Part shown: positions 30,141 through 39,997 of the stretch, one piece after another | Layout of the letters: the number at the start of each line of letters is the position of its first letter | Numbering within the stretch: position 1 is the stretch's first letter | DNA from: Nitrosopumilaceae archaeon | Lineage (GTDB): Archaea > Thermoproteota > Nitrososphaeria > Nitrososphaerales > Nitrosopumilaceae | Assembly (NCBI GenBank): GCA_965209085.1 | Contig: OZ242376.1 | Coordinates: forward strand, 448,001 to 512,000 | Length of the DNA stretch: 64,000 nucleotides | Direction of reading: 5' to 3' | Position numbers and translations under genes: made by a program | Notes under the pieces: model-generated | Seen by the model: only the letters and a program-made list of their open reading frames with translations | Database searches by the model: none | Told to the model about the DNA's origin: nothing

Positions 30141-30668
30141 TTGGTAGAACGTATACCTGTGCAAGATCAAGCACGTGAGGACCTGATGATTGAGATTTTG
30201 GGTTTGAAAAAAGCTGAAGGCAGATTAGGACATGATGCCGAGGACAATAATGGAAATATCTTTGAGCTTAAATCATCAACAAAAAATAGCTTTGGAACAG
30301 GCAGGGATGTATCAGTTAGCATGATAAATAAATGGAGAAAACGACATTGGGTATTTGCAAATGGTACGAATTACAAATCGGGATTTAAAATTGAAAGTAT
30401 GTATTATTGCTCTCCAAATATGATGAAAGATCAATTTGATATTTTATATGAAAAATTTAAACCCGATATGAAAATATCTAAAACTGTTCTTGCATACGTT
30501 GATGGAATTTTAGTAGAAATTCAGATTGAACGTCTAAAATATTTGCTGAATAGAGGCATGACATATAATAATCCTCATATAAGCATGAAATATGTAAGTT
30601 CATATGGAATTGAAATTGATCTTTCATGCCCAAAGAATAGCTTAAAGACAATTATGGATAAAAATTAG
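30141..30668 (+). CDS. putative type II restriction endonuclease (PD-(D/E)xK fold)
   Basis: HDAED...FELKSST motif, AT-rich, next to the methyltransferase once the IS elements are removed. Confidence 0.6.
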   Translation: MVERIPVQDQAREDLMIEILGLKKAEGRLGHDAEDNNGNIFELKSSTKNSFGTGRDVSVSMINKWRKRHWVFANGTNYKSGFKIESMYYCSPNMMKDQFDILYEKFKPDMKISKTVLAYVDGILVEIQIERLKYLLNRGMTYNNPHISMKYVSSYGIEIDLSCPKNSLKTIMDKN

Positions 30669-30762
30669 AAATTCAGAGAAAATCCGCATTCGTGAATAAC
30701 CCCTCATAACGCAACAACCAAATCCTGATATGTTTATTTGTGGGTTGATGGTAATTTACACA

Positions 30763-31002
30763 ATGCATGATGATGATGAACCTGACACATTTGTCCTAGA
30801 AACACTTCCGGAACAATTTGTCCAAAAACTCTCAAAAATCGGAGTTACAGCCAAAGCAAACGAGATTGGAGAGGGCCAATTCGAAATCGGCGACTACTAT
30901 AGCAGGGTGTTTGTACCAACACCGCGCATGGTGACAAACCGCGGCAGCCTTGATGTCTCTGGCAAAAATATTGATGCGGTTCACATTATCCAAAAAGGAT
31001 AG
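30763..31002 (+). CDS. hypothetical protein
   Basis: ORF MHDDDEPDTF... with core-like composition. Confidence 0.65.
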   Translation: MHDDDEPDTFVLETLPEQFVQKLSKIGVTAKANEIGEGQFEIGDYYSRVFVPTPRMVTNRGSLDVSGKNIDAVHIIQKG

Positions 31003-31013
31003 TGTGCAAGCAT

Positions 31014-31388
31014 ATGCAAGATCCAACACCCATGATATGGGGCGCAATGGACCGGTTTCAGGCTCATTTTATAATCAAAGTAAAAAACAAATCTGATGCG
31101 GATTTGGCGGTAAAATCAATACCAAAGACAAGTGGACATTTTGGCGCAAAAAAACTCACAGGCATATCTTGGAACGGTGCTGGCTCACTTGCTGTATCAT
31201 TGAACGCTGATGCGGATTTAAACTCGTTAATTTTAAAATGCACACTGCACGATGCGCAGATATACATTGAACCTGGCACCGACTGTGTCCGCATACGTGG
31301 AAAATGGTCAAACGGACTTGAATTTGGAATAACAAAAGAAATGTTTGAAATCTACGACCGCATAGCCGGACACGTAAAATCCCTCTAG
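31014..31388 (+). CDS. hypothetical protein
   Basis: ORF MQDPTPMIWG...EIYDRIAGHVKSL, co-oriented with the previous gene. Confidence 0.7.
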   Translation: MQDPTPMIWGAMDRFQAHFIIKVKNKSDADLAVKSIPKTSGHFGAKKLTGISWNGAGSLAVSLNADADLNSLILKCTLHDAQIYIEPGTDCVRIRGKWSNGLEFGITKEMFEIYDRIAGHVKSL

Positions 31389-31930
31389 GCTTTCCACCAG
31401 TCAAGCGCAAGCATCTCAACTGCATACTCTCCGCCCTTTAACTTTGGTATTGCAAGTATGAACTGTTTGCGTACCGTGGTTGCAAGCCTTCCGGCCAAAA
31501 CCACCGCAGTTGAGGTTATAACATCGCTTGCAGAATACACCTGGACAAGATACGGGGCGTGATCTATTCCCGGACCTCTCTCATATACTGCAAAATCGCA
31601 TCCAAATTTTATTCCCGGATTTATAATGTACCCCTTGTTCCTAAAATGCTCATAAACTGCGTATTTTTTATCAAATCCGTGGTATTCATTTCTGCATATT
31701 TGAAGCAGATTCTCATAGCTTTGCTTTTTTTTCTCAGCATGTACTGTAATAATTTTTTTATCCAAAAGATAAATCCCTTCCATAAGATCGAGCACCAGCG
31801 GGGCGTCAATCTCGCCGAATTTTGGCTTTGGAATTCCAATGGGTTTTCCGTAATATCCCATTGAGAATAATTTGTTTGCATCATTTAAGGACCATATTAT
31901 GATCCGATTCTCGACTAGCTCGCCCTTCAA
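31385..31930 (-). CDS. endA: tRNA-intron endonuclease, catalytic subunit
   Basis: VY..FR.KGY..PGIKFGCDFAVYERGPGIDHAPYLV, RLATTVRK (Tyr/His/Lys triad). Confidence 0.93.
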   Translation of the reverse strand: MKGELVENRIIIWSLNDANKLFSMGYYGKPIGIPKPKFGEIDAPLVLDLMEGIYLLDKKIITVHAEKKKQSYENLLQICRNEYHGFDKKYAVYEHFRNKGYIINPGIKFGCDFAVYERGPGIDHAPYLVQVYSASDVITSTAVVLAGRLATTVRKQFILAIPKLKGGEYAVEMLALDWWKA

Positions 31931-32584
31931 TCAGAGACTCAGCGCCAACATGATAAAGGTGTCTGAAACCTTTTGGCACTTGTCGGCCATTTCCTCGATT
32001 CCTTCTATGACGTCCTTTACAAGCAAAACCTCTTTTATGTTGGAAATTTTATCCAACGCTATTATCGTGGCATTTCTGTATTTTGTATCAATCTCGCGTT
32101 CAATGTCTTGCGTTTCCTGGGCAAACTCTATAGCTTTTGAAACATCCGTGTTTAACATGCGGACAACTTCGTTGAGTTTTTGAATCTCATCTACAACCAG
32201 ATTTATCAAATCTGTAATACTTTCATAAATTTCAGAATTTTTAAAAGTGGCAATTTTGATGTTTGACATTTTAAATGAAATACCGGTAATGTATCCGGCA
32301 ATCTCGTCCATTGTATATGCTGTATTTAACAAGTTTTCACGGTTTAAAATAAGGCCTCCAACATCTGCCACTTCGCGCGTTATTTTTCTGCGAAGGCTTT
32401 CAACCTCTTCCTCTATGGCCGATATCTGATGGAGGCACGTCTTTAGGCCTTTTTTGTCTTTTTTAACGAGAATCTCAGGCAGTTTTGCCATCTCGCGCGC
32501 AGAATTGAGTATACGATTTATCTCATCTTGCAACATTGCAATGGCTTTGCGCTTTGCCTGTTCCTCTAGCTCACCGCTATACAT
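31931..32584 (-). CDS. DUF47 / PhoU-like phosphate transport regulator
   Basis: all-helical, IEEEVESLRR, MDEIA, IEREID, IEEMADKC. Confidence 0.8.
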   Translation of the reverse strand: MYSGELEEQAKRKAIAMLQDEINRILNSAREMAKLPEILVKKDKKGLKTCLHQISAIEEEVESLRRKITREVADVGGLILNRENLLNTAYTMDEIAGYITGISFKMSNIKIATFKNSEIYESITDLINLVVDEIQKLNEVVRMLNTDVSKAIEFAQETQDIEREIDTKYRNATIIALDKISNIKEVLLVKDVIEGIEEMADKCQKVSDTFIMLALSL

Positions 32585-32640
32585 TCACAACTGAAAACGT
32601 AAAACGTCTTAAATACCATGCCTTTTTTTGTAAAAATCCG

Positions 32641-34392
32641 TCAATTGCCAGATTTGTTCTGAGCTTTATACAATGCCACAACCTCTTCCCACGTGGATGC
32701 ATCTTCGGGAGATTTATCCGATCTGATTCTTCCTGTAAATTTTGGAAATCGCAGGGCAAGACCTGTGTCTTTTTTCAAAACTCCAAAAGCCGTTTTGTGA
32801 ATAGGACTAAGGGTAATCTCGGATGCGACCACTTCTATGACTAATTCTGGGGGAAACCACACGTCAGCATCCATGGCACTTTGAACCCTGGCATCTTTTT
32901 TGGCGCATGCCATACCTGAGAGAATCTGATATATCTGATCAAGATGCTCGTCGGTAAACCCCGTGCCGACTTTGCATATGCTTGAAAAAGAATCATCATC
33001 CCCATCGTATGTTGCCAGTAATAGTGTCCCATATCTTCCGGTACGCCTGCCCATGCCAAAATACGCGCCTATCACAATCAAATCCAAGCTGTCGCCAAGC
33101 TCGTTGCGGTATTCGCGTTTTAATTTCAGCCATTGGCTTCCGCGCGATCCGGCATTGTACGTGGAATCGGGCATCTTTAACATGAGCCCCTCAGAGCCGG
33201 CGTTTATACTCTCTTCCATAAATTCGACAATGTTGTTTTCCTCATTTACTATAACAGCGGTAATACATTTTGTAAAATTCCCGTTTTTTACCGTTTTTTC
33301 AAGCACCGCCCTTCTTTGGACATATTCTTTGTCAAGATAATCTACACCGTCAACATACAGTGCGTCAAAAAAATTCACGGATATTGGATAGTCTGCCACG
33401 GCTTTTTCAATGCCGTGTTTTTTCCTCCTGTGCATCAGTTCCTGAAACGGGAGAAAGTTGCCAGTCTTGGGATTTATGGCCACAGCCTCAGCTTCCAATA
33501 TGGCACTTGAGCATTTTAGATTCTCTTGTATGTTCTCTTTAATATCCGGATAAAATCTTGTAACATTTTCAAGACTTCTTGAAAATATCTGTACTTGCCC
33601 ATCTTTGATATGAATCTGAACGCGCTCCCCGTCCAGCTTGTATTCTGCTGCAAATCCTTTGCCCATCTTTTCCATAGCTTCTGCTTCGGATTTTACCCTG
33701 TCTGCAAGCATTGGCCGGATTGGCCTGAAAACTGAAACGCTGAATTTTTCCACAGCCTCCAACCCTCCTTTGCACACTGTATCTGCAATCTCGCCCAAAT
33801 CACTAGATACGTTGTATGCCGCCTCTACTTTCTGCCGGTTATTTTTATCGCCGGTAAACGCTATGGCAAGTCCGTCCATTACGGTATTTTCAGCAATGCC
33901 CAGCCTGAGTGTTCCAAGTAGCAGTTTTAGGATAAATCTAGCTTCTGTTGGATTGGCATCATTTAACAGACTTGATATGTATTTTATTTTTCTCTCCTGC
34001 GAGCTTGATCCTTTTAAATTTGCAATCGTATACAGCGTATCATATACGCGTTCAACGGTTATCTCTTGCATCATAAACGTGGTCTGTTTTCTGTTGCTTA
34101 AAATTCCGGATGCTGCACGTCCAAGGTCCCCGTCTTTTTTAAGCGCCTCCTCTATCCTGTCAATCTGAATGCCCGAGGATTTTGAGATTGCCCGAACGGC
34201 AAGCTTTTCGGCAACGCCAAGCTCGACTCCCTCATAATCGGGACGAATTTTTCCCTGTATGAGATAAACAATTTTTGACATGGTATCTTGCGGCGTTGCA
34301 TGAAACAAATCCACCAAATGTTCTGTAAGCTCTAATCTTTTTGTTGTATTTTCCATCTTTTCAAACGCTTCTGCCAAAATGGAAAAGTTCAT
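32641..34392 (-). CDS. lig: ATP-dependent DNA ligase
   Basis: PMLA, EYKLDGERVQ, EGLMLK, WLKLK, KVGTG, LRFPKF. Confidence 0.96.
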   Translation of the reverse strand: MNFSILAEAFEKMENTTKRLELTEHLVDLFHATPQDTMSKIVYLIQGKIRPDYEGVELGVAEKLAVRAISKSSGIQIDRIEEALKKDGDLGRAASGILSNRKQTTFMMQEITVERVYDTLYTIANLKGSSSQERKIKYISSLLNDANPTEARFILKLLLGTLRLGIAENTVMDGLAIAFTGDKNNRQKVEAAYNVSSDLGEIADTVCKGGLEAVEKFSVSVFRPIRPMLADRVKSEAEAMEKMGKGFAAEYKLDGERVQIHIKDGQVQIFSRSLENVTRFYPDIKENIQENLKCSSAILEAEAVAINPKTGNFLPFQELMHRRKKHGIEKAVADYPISVNFFDALYVDGVDYLDKEYVQRRAVLEKTVKNGNFTKCITAVIVNEENNIVEFMEESINAGSEGLMLKMPDSTYNAGSRGSQWLKLKREYRNELGDSLDLIVIGAYFGMGRRTGRYGTLLLATYDGDDDSFSSICKVGTGFTDEHLDQIYQILSGMACAKKDARVQSAMDADVWFPPELVIEVVASEITLSPIHKTAFGVLKKDTGLALRFPKFTGRIRSDKSPEDASTWEEVVALYKAQNKSGN

Positions 34393-34428
34393 GCTGTAAA
34401 TAATTCACACTTGGATAAAAATCTAATA

Positions 34429-34845
34429 TCAGATATACTTGAATATGGTTTTTTTATCAGAATCTCCTCCGTCGGTAACCATTGCAAAATTGTACAGCGG
34501 ATATGATTTCTTGTACTGTTTCATAAAACTCCACGTCACATCGTGGGTTCTAAAATTAACACGCAGACCATCCATCAAAGATTCCCTGCCGCATACATCA
34601 AAGATCACTATGGAATATTCCTTTGGTCTGTGATGGGGCCGTGCCTGCAAAAACCACGCAAAAGCAAATATGAATATCCCTGCAAGTATTATGGCGCCTC
34701 CAGCATCCCTGAAAAATCCGTACAGTGTGGCAGGTATTATGCGCCAAAAAAGTTCGGCGATAAACTGTGAAAATGAGACTACCGCTAGTGCCATAACAAT
34801 ATACGTTTTAAGCGCAAAAATGCCGTATATCCTCATGATGCGCAA
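34429..34845 (-). CDS. hypothetical membrane protein
   Basis: two TM helices plus soluble C-terminus, in the fbp-lig run. Confidence 0.7.
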   Translation of the reverse strand: MRIMRIYGIFALKTYIVMALAVVSFSQFIAELFWRIIPATLYGFFRDAGGAIILAGIFIFAFAWFLQARPHHRPKEYSIVIFDVCGRESLMDGLRVNFRTHDVTWSFMKQYKKSYPLYNFAMVTDGGDSDKKTIFKYI

Positions 34846-34895
34846 TTATTGTGTTTATTTTTAATTCTTGCTGTATTTTGCAGGCGATCTTTTAA

Positions 34896-36032
34896 CTAGT
34901 CAGGATCTTCGTAGGATTCTTTTCTCCTAACGCCGGATGTCTGATCTTTCATGGACACCATTTTCTCATTTAGAATACTTATTCTTGCCTTGTATCCTTC
35001 AGCATATTCTAGCTCAGAGGGTACCAGTGTTGCCGGATGTATGAATCCCTGACTTCGCATGGCAAGCGCTTTTTTGACGGCAATTTGGCGTATATAGTCC
35101 CAGTCGGGAGTTGAAAATCCATCAAAGGGACCTGTAAATTTCCCATCATGCATGCTGAAAACCAAAGATTCGATTATTGGTATGCAAAAATCAATGGATG
35201 CTGCAGTGTTTAATTTTACGGGCATTAGCGGCATGTTGTGGCTTCCTCTTGTATTGCCTGCAACATAGTGCGGATTGTTAAAGACGCTTCCAGCTTCTTC
35301 TGTGGCTGGGAAATTTTTCTGCGTGCGTATCAAACATATCGGATCGTCTTTCCCAACATATGTTCCGGCAATGTTGTGCAGTCTGTCAGTTGATGCAGAA
35401 AGTATGGGTTCACCGTCTCTAGTTTCCACAGTAGAAATCACATATCTTCCAGGATACATCAGCGCAGCTTCAATGGTAGGTTTGTCTTCCCACAACTGCA
35501 GCCGTGCAATCTTTCCTTCTTCAACATCCATGATGTTCATGACGACACCTTCTGCCAAGGATTTGTTTACAATCAGTCCTGTATTGCTAAGACTGTCGAC
35601 AAACAATTTGTACAACGGATAATTAAATGCGCCAGGTTCTGTCTTGTCTGCTGCAAAAATTGTAAACGCCTCGTTTGCCCTCTCTTCAAATTCCAGTTCT
35701 GCAACTCCAGGACCCATGCCTTTGACATTTCCTGAAAACGAATCCTTTAACAGATCCTGCCCCGCCCCGTACAGCCCTTCTTTTTTTGCCACCTCTGTGG
35801 CAGAAGAGAAAGCATCCCATGCAAGCTTGTGCACTTTGTCACTGTCAACTCCAAGAGTGTGTGACATTACAATGTGTATATCATCCCCGCAGTATCCGAT
35901 ATAATGATCAAGCAGCATGTTACCTGCACCCTTTACGGTGGATCTTACAGCATCCAAGAGACCATCACTTGGCCTTGTATGTCCGCCTATGCCGCCAACA
36001 TCGGCCTTTATCGCAGAAACGGTTATCTTCAT
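34896..36032 (-). CDS. fbp: fructose-1,6-bisphosphate aldolase/phosphatase (class V)
   Basis: SAIKADVGGIGGH, GDD, GLYGAGQDLLKD, ADKTEPGAFN, YVGKDDP. Confidence 0.95.
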   Translation of the reverse strand: MKITVSAIKADVGGIGGHTRPSDGLLDAVRSTVKGAGNMLLDHYIGYCGDDIHIVMSHTLGVDSDKVHKLAWDAFSSATEVAKKEGLYGAGQDLLKDSFSGNVKGMGPGVAELEFEERANEAFTIFAADKTEPGAFNYPLYKLFVDSLSNTGLIVNKSLAEGVVMNIMDVEEGKIARLQLWEDKPTIEAALMYPGRYVISTVETRDGEPILSASTDRLHNIAGTYVGKDDPICLIRTQKNFPATEEAGSVFNNPHYVAGNTRGSHNMPLMPVKLNTAASIDFCIPIIESLVFSMHDGKFTGPFDGFSTPDWDYIRQIAVKKALAMRSQGFIHPATLVPSELEYAEGYKARISILNEKMVSMKDQTSGVRRKESYEDPD

Positions 36033-36156
36033 ATCCTATGATAGAATATCACCGATGATTTATGTGTAGTTTTCATAACTTTGGGTAAATCTATAAAATC
36101 ACAATTTCTAACAAAAATCGCAAAGGTAATAAATGGCAATATTTGGTATGACATCG

Positions 36157-37455
36157 ATGGCAAAAAAAGACCACCTAAACCTAATCATAACAGGTCACAT
36201 TGATAATGGAAAATCCACAACAATGGGTCACTTTTTGATGGATTTGGGCGTGGTTGACGAGAGAACAATACAATCCCATGCAGAAGAGTCTGAAAAGATC
36301 GGCAAGGGTGACACTTTCAAATATGCCTGGGTTATGGACAACATTAAAGACGAGAGAGAGCGTGGCATTACAATTGATCTGGCATTTCAGAAATTCGAGT
36401 CTACAAAATACTTTTTCACACTAATTGACGCACCAGGACACCGAGACTTTATCAAAAACATGATTACAGGTGCTTCAGAGGCAGACTGTGCCGTTTTGGT
36501 TTTATCTGCCAAAGAAGGGGAAACTGACACTGCCATAGCCCCGGGCGGACAAGCACGAGAGCACGCATTTTTATTAAAAACACTGGGCGTAAAACAGATT
36601 ATCGTAGCCATCAATAAAATGGACAGTAGCAATTATTCCGAAGACGCATTCAAGGCTGCAAAGGAAAAAGGCGAAAAACTCATCAAATCCGTCGGTTACA
36701 AAGCGGATACTGTACCATTCATCCCAATATCTGGCTGGATAGGGGACAATTTGGTTAAAAAATCAGAAAACATGTCTTGGTATGGGGGAAAAACCCTGCT
36801 AGAAGCCTTTGATGACTTTATACTAGAGGAAAAACCAACGGGCAAACCATTGCGCGTACCAATCCAGGATGTTTATACAATTACTGGAGTTGGAACAGTA
36901 CCGGTAGGACGTGTAGAAACTGGAGTAATGAAACCAAACGACAAGATCATTATAATGCCTTCAGGTGCCGTAGGCGAGATTAAATCCATTGAAACTCACC
37001 ATACCCAACTAGACTCTGCGTCCGCAGGAGACAACGTGGGATTCAACCTTCGTGGAATAGAGAAAAAAGACATCCAGCGCGGCGATGTCATGGGCTCTCC
37101 GAGTGCACCTCCAAACGTGGCAAAAGAATTCCTTGCACAGATTATTGTTATCCACCATCCAACTGCACTAGCTCCTGGATATACCCCAGTCATGCACTGT
37201 CATACCGCACAAGTGGCCGCAACAATTACCGAATTTGTATCAAAGATAAACCCTGCAACCGGCGCTGAAGATGAAAAATCTCCAAAATTCCTAAAGGCGG
37301 GTGATTCTGCAATTGTAAAAATCCGTCCAGTAAGACCAACTCCTATAGAAACATTCCAGGAATTCCCAGAAATGGGCCGTTTTGCCCTGCGTGACATGGG
37401 CGCGACTATTGCTGCTGGTGTCGTAAAAGAAATTACCGAAGCACACCAGGTATAA
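36157..37455 (+). CDS. tuf: translation elongation factor EF-1 alpha
   Basis: GHIDNGKST, ERERGITID, DAPGHRDF, NKMD, GRFALRDMG. Confidence 0.97.
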   Translation: MAKKDHLNLIITGHIDNGKSTTMGHFLMDLGVVDERTIQSHAEESEKIGKGDTFKYAWVMDNIKDERERGITIDLAFQKFESTKYFFTLIDAPGHRDFIKNMITGASEADCAVLVLSAKEGETDTAIAPGGQAREHAFLLKTLGVKQIIVAINKMDSSNYSEDAFKAAKEKGEKLIKSVGYKADTVPFIPISGWIGDNLVKKSENMSWYGGKTLLEAFDDFILEEKPTGKPLRVPIQDVYTITGVGTVPVGRVETGVMKPNDKIIIMPSGAVGEIKSIETHHTQLDSASAGDNVGFNLRGIEKKDIQRGDVMGSPSAPPNVAKEFLAQIIVIHHPTALAPGYTPVMHCHTAQVAATITEFVSKINPATGAEDEKSPKFLKAGDSAIVKIRPVRPTPIETFQEFPEMGRFALRDMGATIAAGVVKEITEAHQV

Positions 37456-37465
37456 GCGGATTCAA

Positions 37466-37774
37466 ATGACGCAGCCTGCCCGTGTCAAACTCACAAGCAC
37501 AGATATTAAAAAACTCGATGGCGTATGCGCTGAGATTATGGGCATTGGTAAAAAAACAGGCGTAAAGATCAAAGGTCCGATACCACTGCCACTCAAAAAA
37601 CTGCACATTGCAACCAGAAAATCACCGTGCGGCAGTGGCACTGAAACGTATGAGAAATGGGAGATGCGTCTGCATAGAAGAGTTATTGACATAAGCGCCG
37701 ATGACAAGGCGATAAGACAGCTCATGAGACTAAAAATGCCAGATGATGTTCAAATAGAGCTGACCCTGACGTGA
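37466..37774 (+). CDS. rps10: 30S ribosomal protein S10 (uS10)
   Basis: KGPIPLP, TRKSPCGSG, WEMRLHRRVIDI; follows tuf. Confidence 0.96.
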   Translation: MTQPARVKLTSTDIKKLDGVCAEIMGIGKKTGVKIKGPIPLPLKKLHIATRKSPCGSGTETYEKWEMRLHRRVIDISADDKAIRQLMRLKMPDDVQIELTLT

Positions 37775-37811
37775 TTGCCTTTATTATGGGGTATTTTGGA
37801 GCAGGATACTG

Positions 37812-38024
37812 ATGGTTAATGAAGAGCTTTCTGAAAATGAAGAAACTGAAATGCCAGCAGAGGAGCCCAAAGTTCAACATGATGTCTTTTACAAATGTCT
37901 GCGTTGTGGAACGCATGCGTCAAATACGGAACTAGACAAACTGCCAGAGATAAAATGCATTTGTGGATTTAGAGTTTTTACCAAAGTTCGGCCCGAAATG
38001 CCAAAAATTGTAAACGCGATATAA
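37812..38024 (+). CDS. rpoP: RNA polymerase subunit P (Rpo12)
   Basis: YKCLRCG...IKCICGFRVFTKVRP zinc ribbon. Confidence 0.85.
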   Translation: MVNEELSENEETEMPAEEPKVQHDVFYKCLRCGTHASNTELDKLPEIKCICGFRVFTKVRPEMPKIVNAI

Positions 38025-38035
38025 CATTAAACATT

Positions 38036-38446
38036 TTATCCAAACTGTGATTTTTGTCCGTCCCAGCACGTTCTGCACAAATGTCCGTTTATTTTCCATT
38101 TTGGTTTTGGATTATATCTGATTAAACCCATCTTTGCACCGCATAAAACGCAAAAGTTTTTCTTTTTTTCATGCGTGTTTTCTTTATTATCAAAGCAGGC
38201 CTTGCACAACAGTCCTTCCATGTCCCACTGCCACCGCGGCTCCCACAAGTCGGTAATCTTGTAGCTTGTACTGCATATGATGCACGGCTGCCTTGCCTTG
38301 CCCTCATAATATTCCTGTGTCTTATCCACATGGCAGTCGCCGCACAATTTGCCCTTTAGGTTCCATTCTTTTCTCGGTTTGTGCATATGCGAGGCATTCT
38401 TGCCGCATATGATGCACGGTTCATTCTTTCTGTTAAAGAGGCCCAT
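38036..38446 (-). CDS. hypothetical protein with three zinc-ribbon repeats
   Basis: three CxxC...P..W...G.LCxxC units. Confidence 0.75.
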   Translation of the reverse strand: MGLFNRKNEPCIICGKNASHMHKPRKEWNLKGKLCGDCHVDKTQEYYEGKARQPCIICSTSYKITDLWEPRWQWDMEGLLCKACFDNKENTHEKKKNFCVLCGAKMGLIRYNPKPKWKINGHLCRTCWDGQKSQFG

Positions 38447-38491
38447 GAATTAAAGCAAATATCTCTTTAATAATATGTTATCTCATTTTAT

Positions 38492-38734
38492 TTGGGGAAA
38501 ATTTTTAACTATGCCATACTGATGACTTTCATGTACTATAACTTTGAGCTTGTCATGGCTGGAGCAATTCTGCTTACGGCAATGCTGATCGGGGGCATAG
38601 CATTGCGGGTAAGACGTTCACGCAGCATCGATGAAACACCGGATGCAAACCCGCTGGAGGGTGCGGATGCAAAAAATACCTGGCCTGATGTACGGGAAGA
38701 TACGGATGATGAGAGATCTGACTCGCAGACATAA
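38492..38734 (+). CDS. small single-TM hypothetical protein
   Basis: one TM helix plus acidic tail; start uncertain. Confidence 0.5.
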   Translation: MGKIFNYAILMTFMYYNFELVMAGAILLTAMLIGGIALRVRRSRSIDETPDANPLEGADAKNTWPDVREDTDDERSDSQT

Positions 38735-38763
38735 AATAGCCGTATCTGCAAACTTGTTTTGAA

Positions 38764-39321
38764 ATGAATCTAATCGTGGGAATAACAGGAAGTACCGGCG
38801 TCATATACGGAATAAGACTGCTTGAGACTTTGAAGAAACTGGGCGTAAACGTGCATCTTGTTATGAGCGAGTGGGCCGCAAAATGCATTCCAATGGAGAC
38901 TGAATATACATCAGAGCAGGTAAAAAAATTGGCAGGAGTGCACTCGGATCCTTCAAACATGGCATCATCAATTTCTAGTGGAACACACAAGTCAGATGGC
39001 ATGATCGTCGCACCGTGCAGCATGAAGACACTTGCTGCAATATCGTGCGGATACGATGACACACTAGTGGCCCGTGCGGCCGGAGTTACAATAAAAGAAT
39101 CACGAAAACTAGTTTTAATGGCAAGGGAGACGCCTCTTTCGGCAATACATCTTGAAAACATGCTGAAACTTTCAAGACTTGGAGTTGTAATTCTCCCGCC
39201 CGTGGCAGAATTTTATACAAAGCCTAAAACAATATCTGACATGGTGGATCATGGAGTGGGAAAATGCCTTGATCAATTCAACATACCGCATACATTGTAT
39301 GAGAGATGGGGCGGCAACTAG
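38764..39321 (+). CDS. ubiX: flavin prenyltransferase
   Basis: VGITGSTG, APCSMKTLA, RAAGVTIKE.RKLVL.RETP, FYTKP. Confidence 0.93.
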   Translation: MNLIVGITGSTGVIYGIRLLETLKKLGVNVHLVMSEWAAKCIPMETEYTSEQVKKLAGVHSDPSNMASSISSGTHKSDGMIVAPCSMKTLAAISCGYDDTLVARAAGVTIKESRKLVLMARETPLSAIHLENMLKLSRLGVVILPPVAEFYTKPKTISDMVDHGVGKCLDQFNIPHTLYERWGGN

Positions 39322-39338
39322 TGATATCCTGGCGGATA

Positions 39339-39767
39339 ATGCGACACATAACCTTTGATGTGAAAATAAGCGCCGACATTGAAAAAGCATTTGCAATCTC
39401 TACAAACTATGCAAATTTGCACACTGTAACAAACGGATTCTACACCCTCTCAAAAACACGATCAACTAGAAAGACCTCGACACTTGTCGGACATCGCATA
39501 CTTGTTTTAAAAAACACTCTTGTTGTAATGATAAAACATGTCATAGAGGATGGGTACGTGCACAAATCATACTGGGTCGGAGGGGATGCAAAGGGAAGCA
39601 TCATATCTGAAACGTATGAAAAATCCGAAAATGAAACCATACTGCATGTTGATGCGCAGCTTAACCTGCCATTTTTTTTGGCATTAAAATCCGTATTTTA
39701 TTCTAAAAAACTTGAATCAAACCTGCAACATATGGCGCAGGGTATTGCACGTGCTGCAGAATCCTAG
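39339..39767 (+). CDS. SRPBCC / polyketide cyclase-like protein
   Basis: I.A..EKAF...TNY..L, GGDAKGS.I.E.Y helix-grip pattern. Confidence 0.65.
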   Translation: MRHITFDVKISADIEKAFAISTNYANLHTVTNGFYTLSKTRSTRKTSTLVGHRILVLKNTLVVMIKHVIEDGYVHKSYWVGGDAKGSIISETYEKSENETILHVDAQLNLPFFLALKSVFYSKKLESNLQHMAQGIARAAES

Positions 39768-39964
39768 GATTCGTCATTTTTATCTTTGAATTTTTTCAAC
39801 TCATCGTCGCCTTCAAGTTTGCCTTTTTCAAATTCGCCTTTTGCCTTGCCAAACGTCTTTGCAAGCTCTGGTATTTTTTTTACCCCAAAGATTAGCACTG
39901 CGGCAATCACTATGACGATTATCAATTCCTGACCTGCAATAAAACCTGAAACCAATCCGAGCAT
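39764..39964 (-). CDS. tatA: twin-arginine translocase TatA
   Basis: ELIIV..LIFGVKKIPELAKTFGKAKGEF. Confidence 0.92.
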   Translation of the reverse strand: MLGLVSGFIAGQELIIVIVIAAVLIFGVKKIPELAKTFGKAKGEFEKGKLEGDDELKKFKDKNDES

Positions 39965-39997
39965 ACCCTAAATGCACGGAATTTAGATTTAAGTGTT

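Noticed and set aside
30985-31020. -1 frameshift joining ORFs 30763 and 31014 at CCAAAAAGG
   Set aside because: No canonical slippery heptamer or downstream structure, and the second ORF has its own ATG
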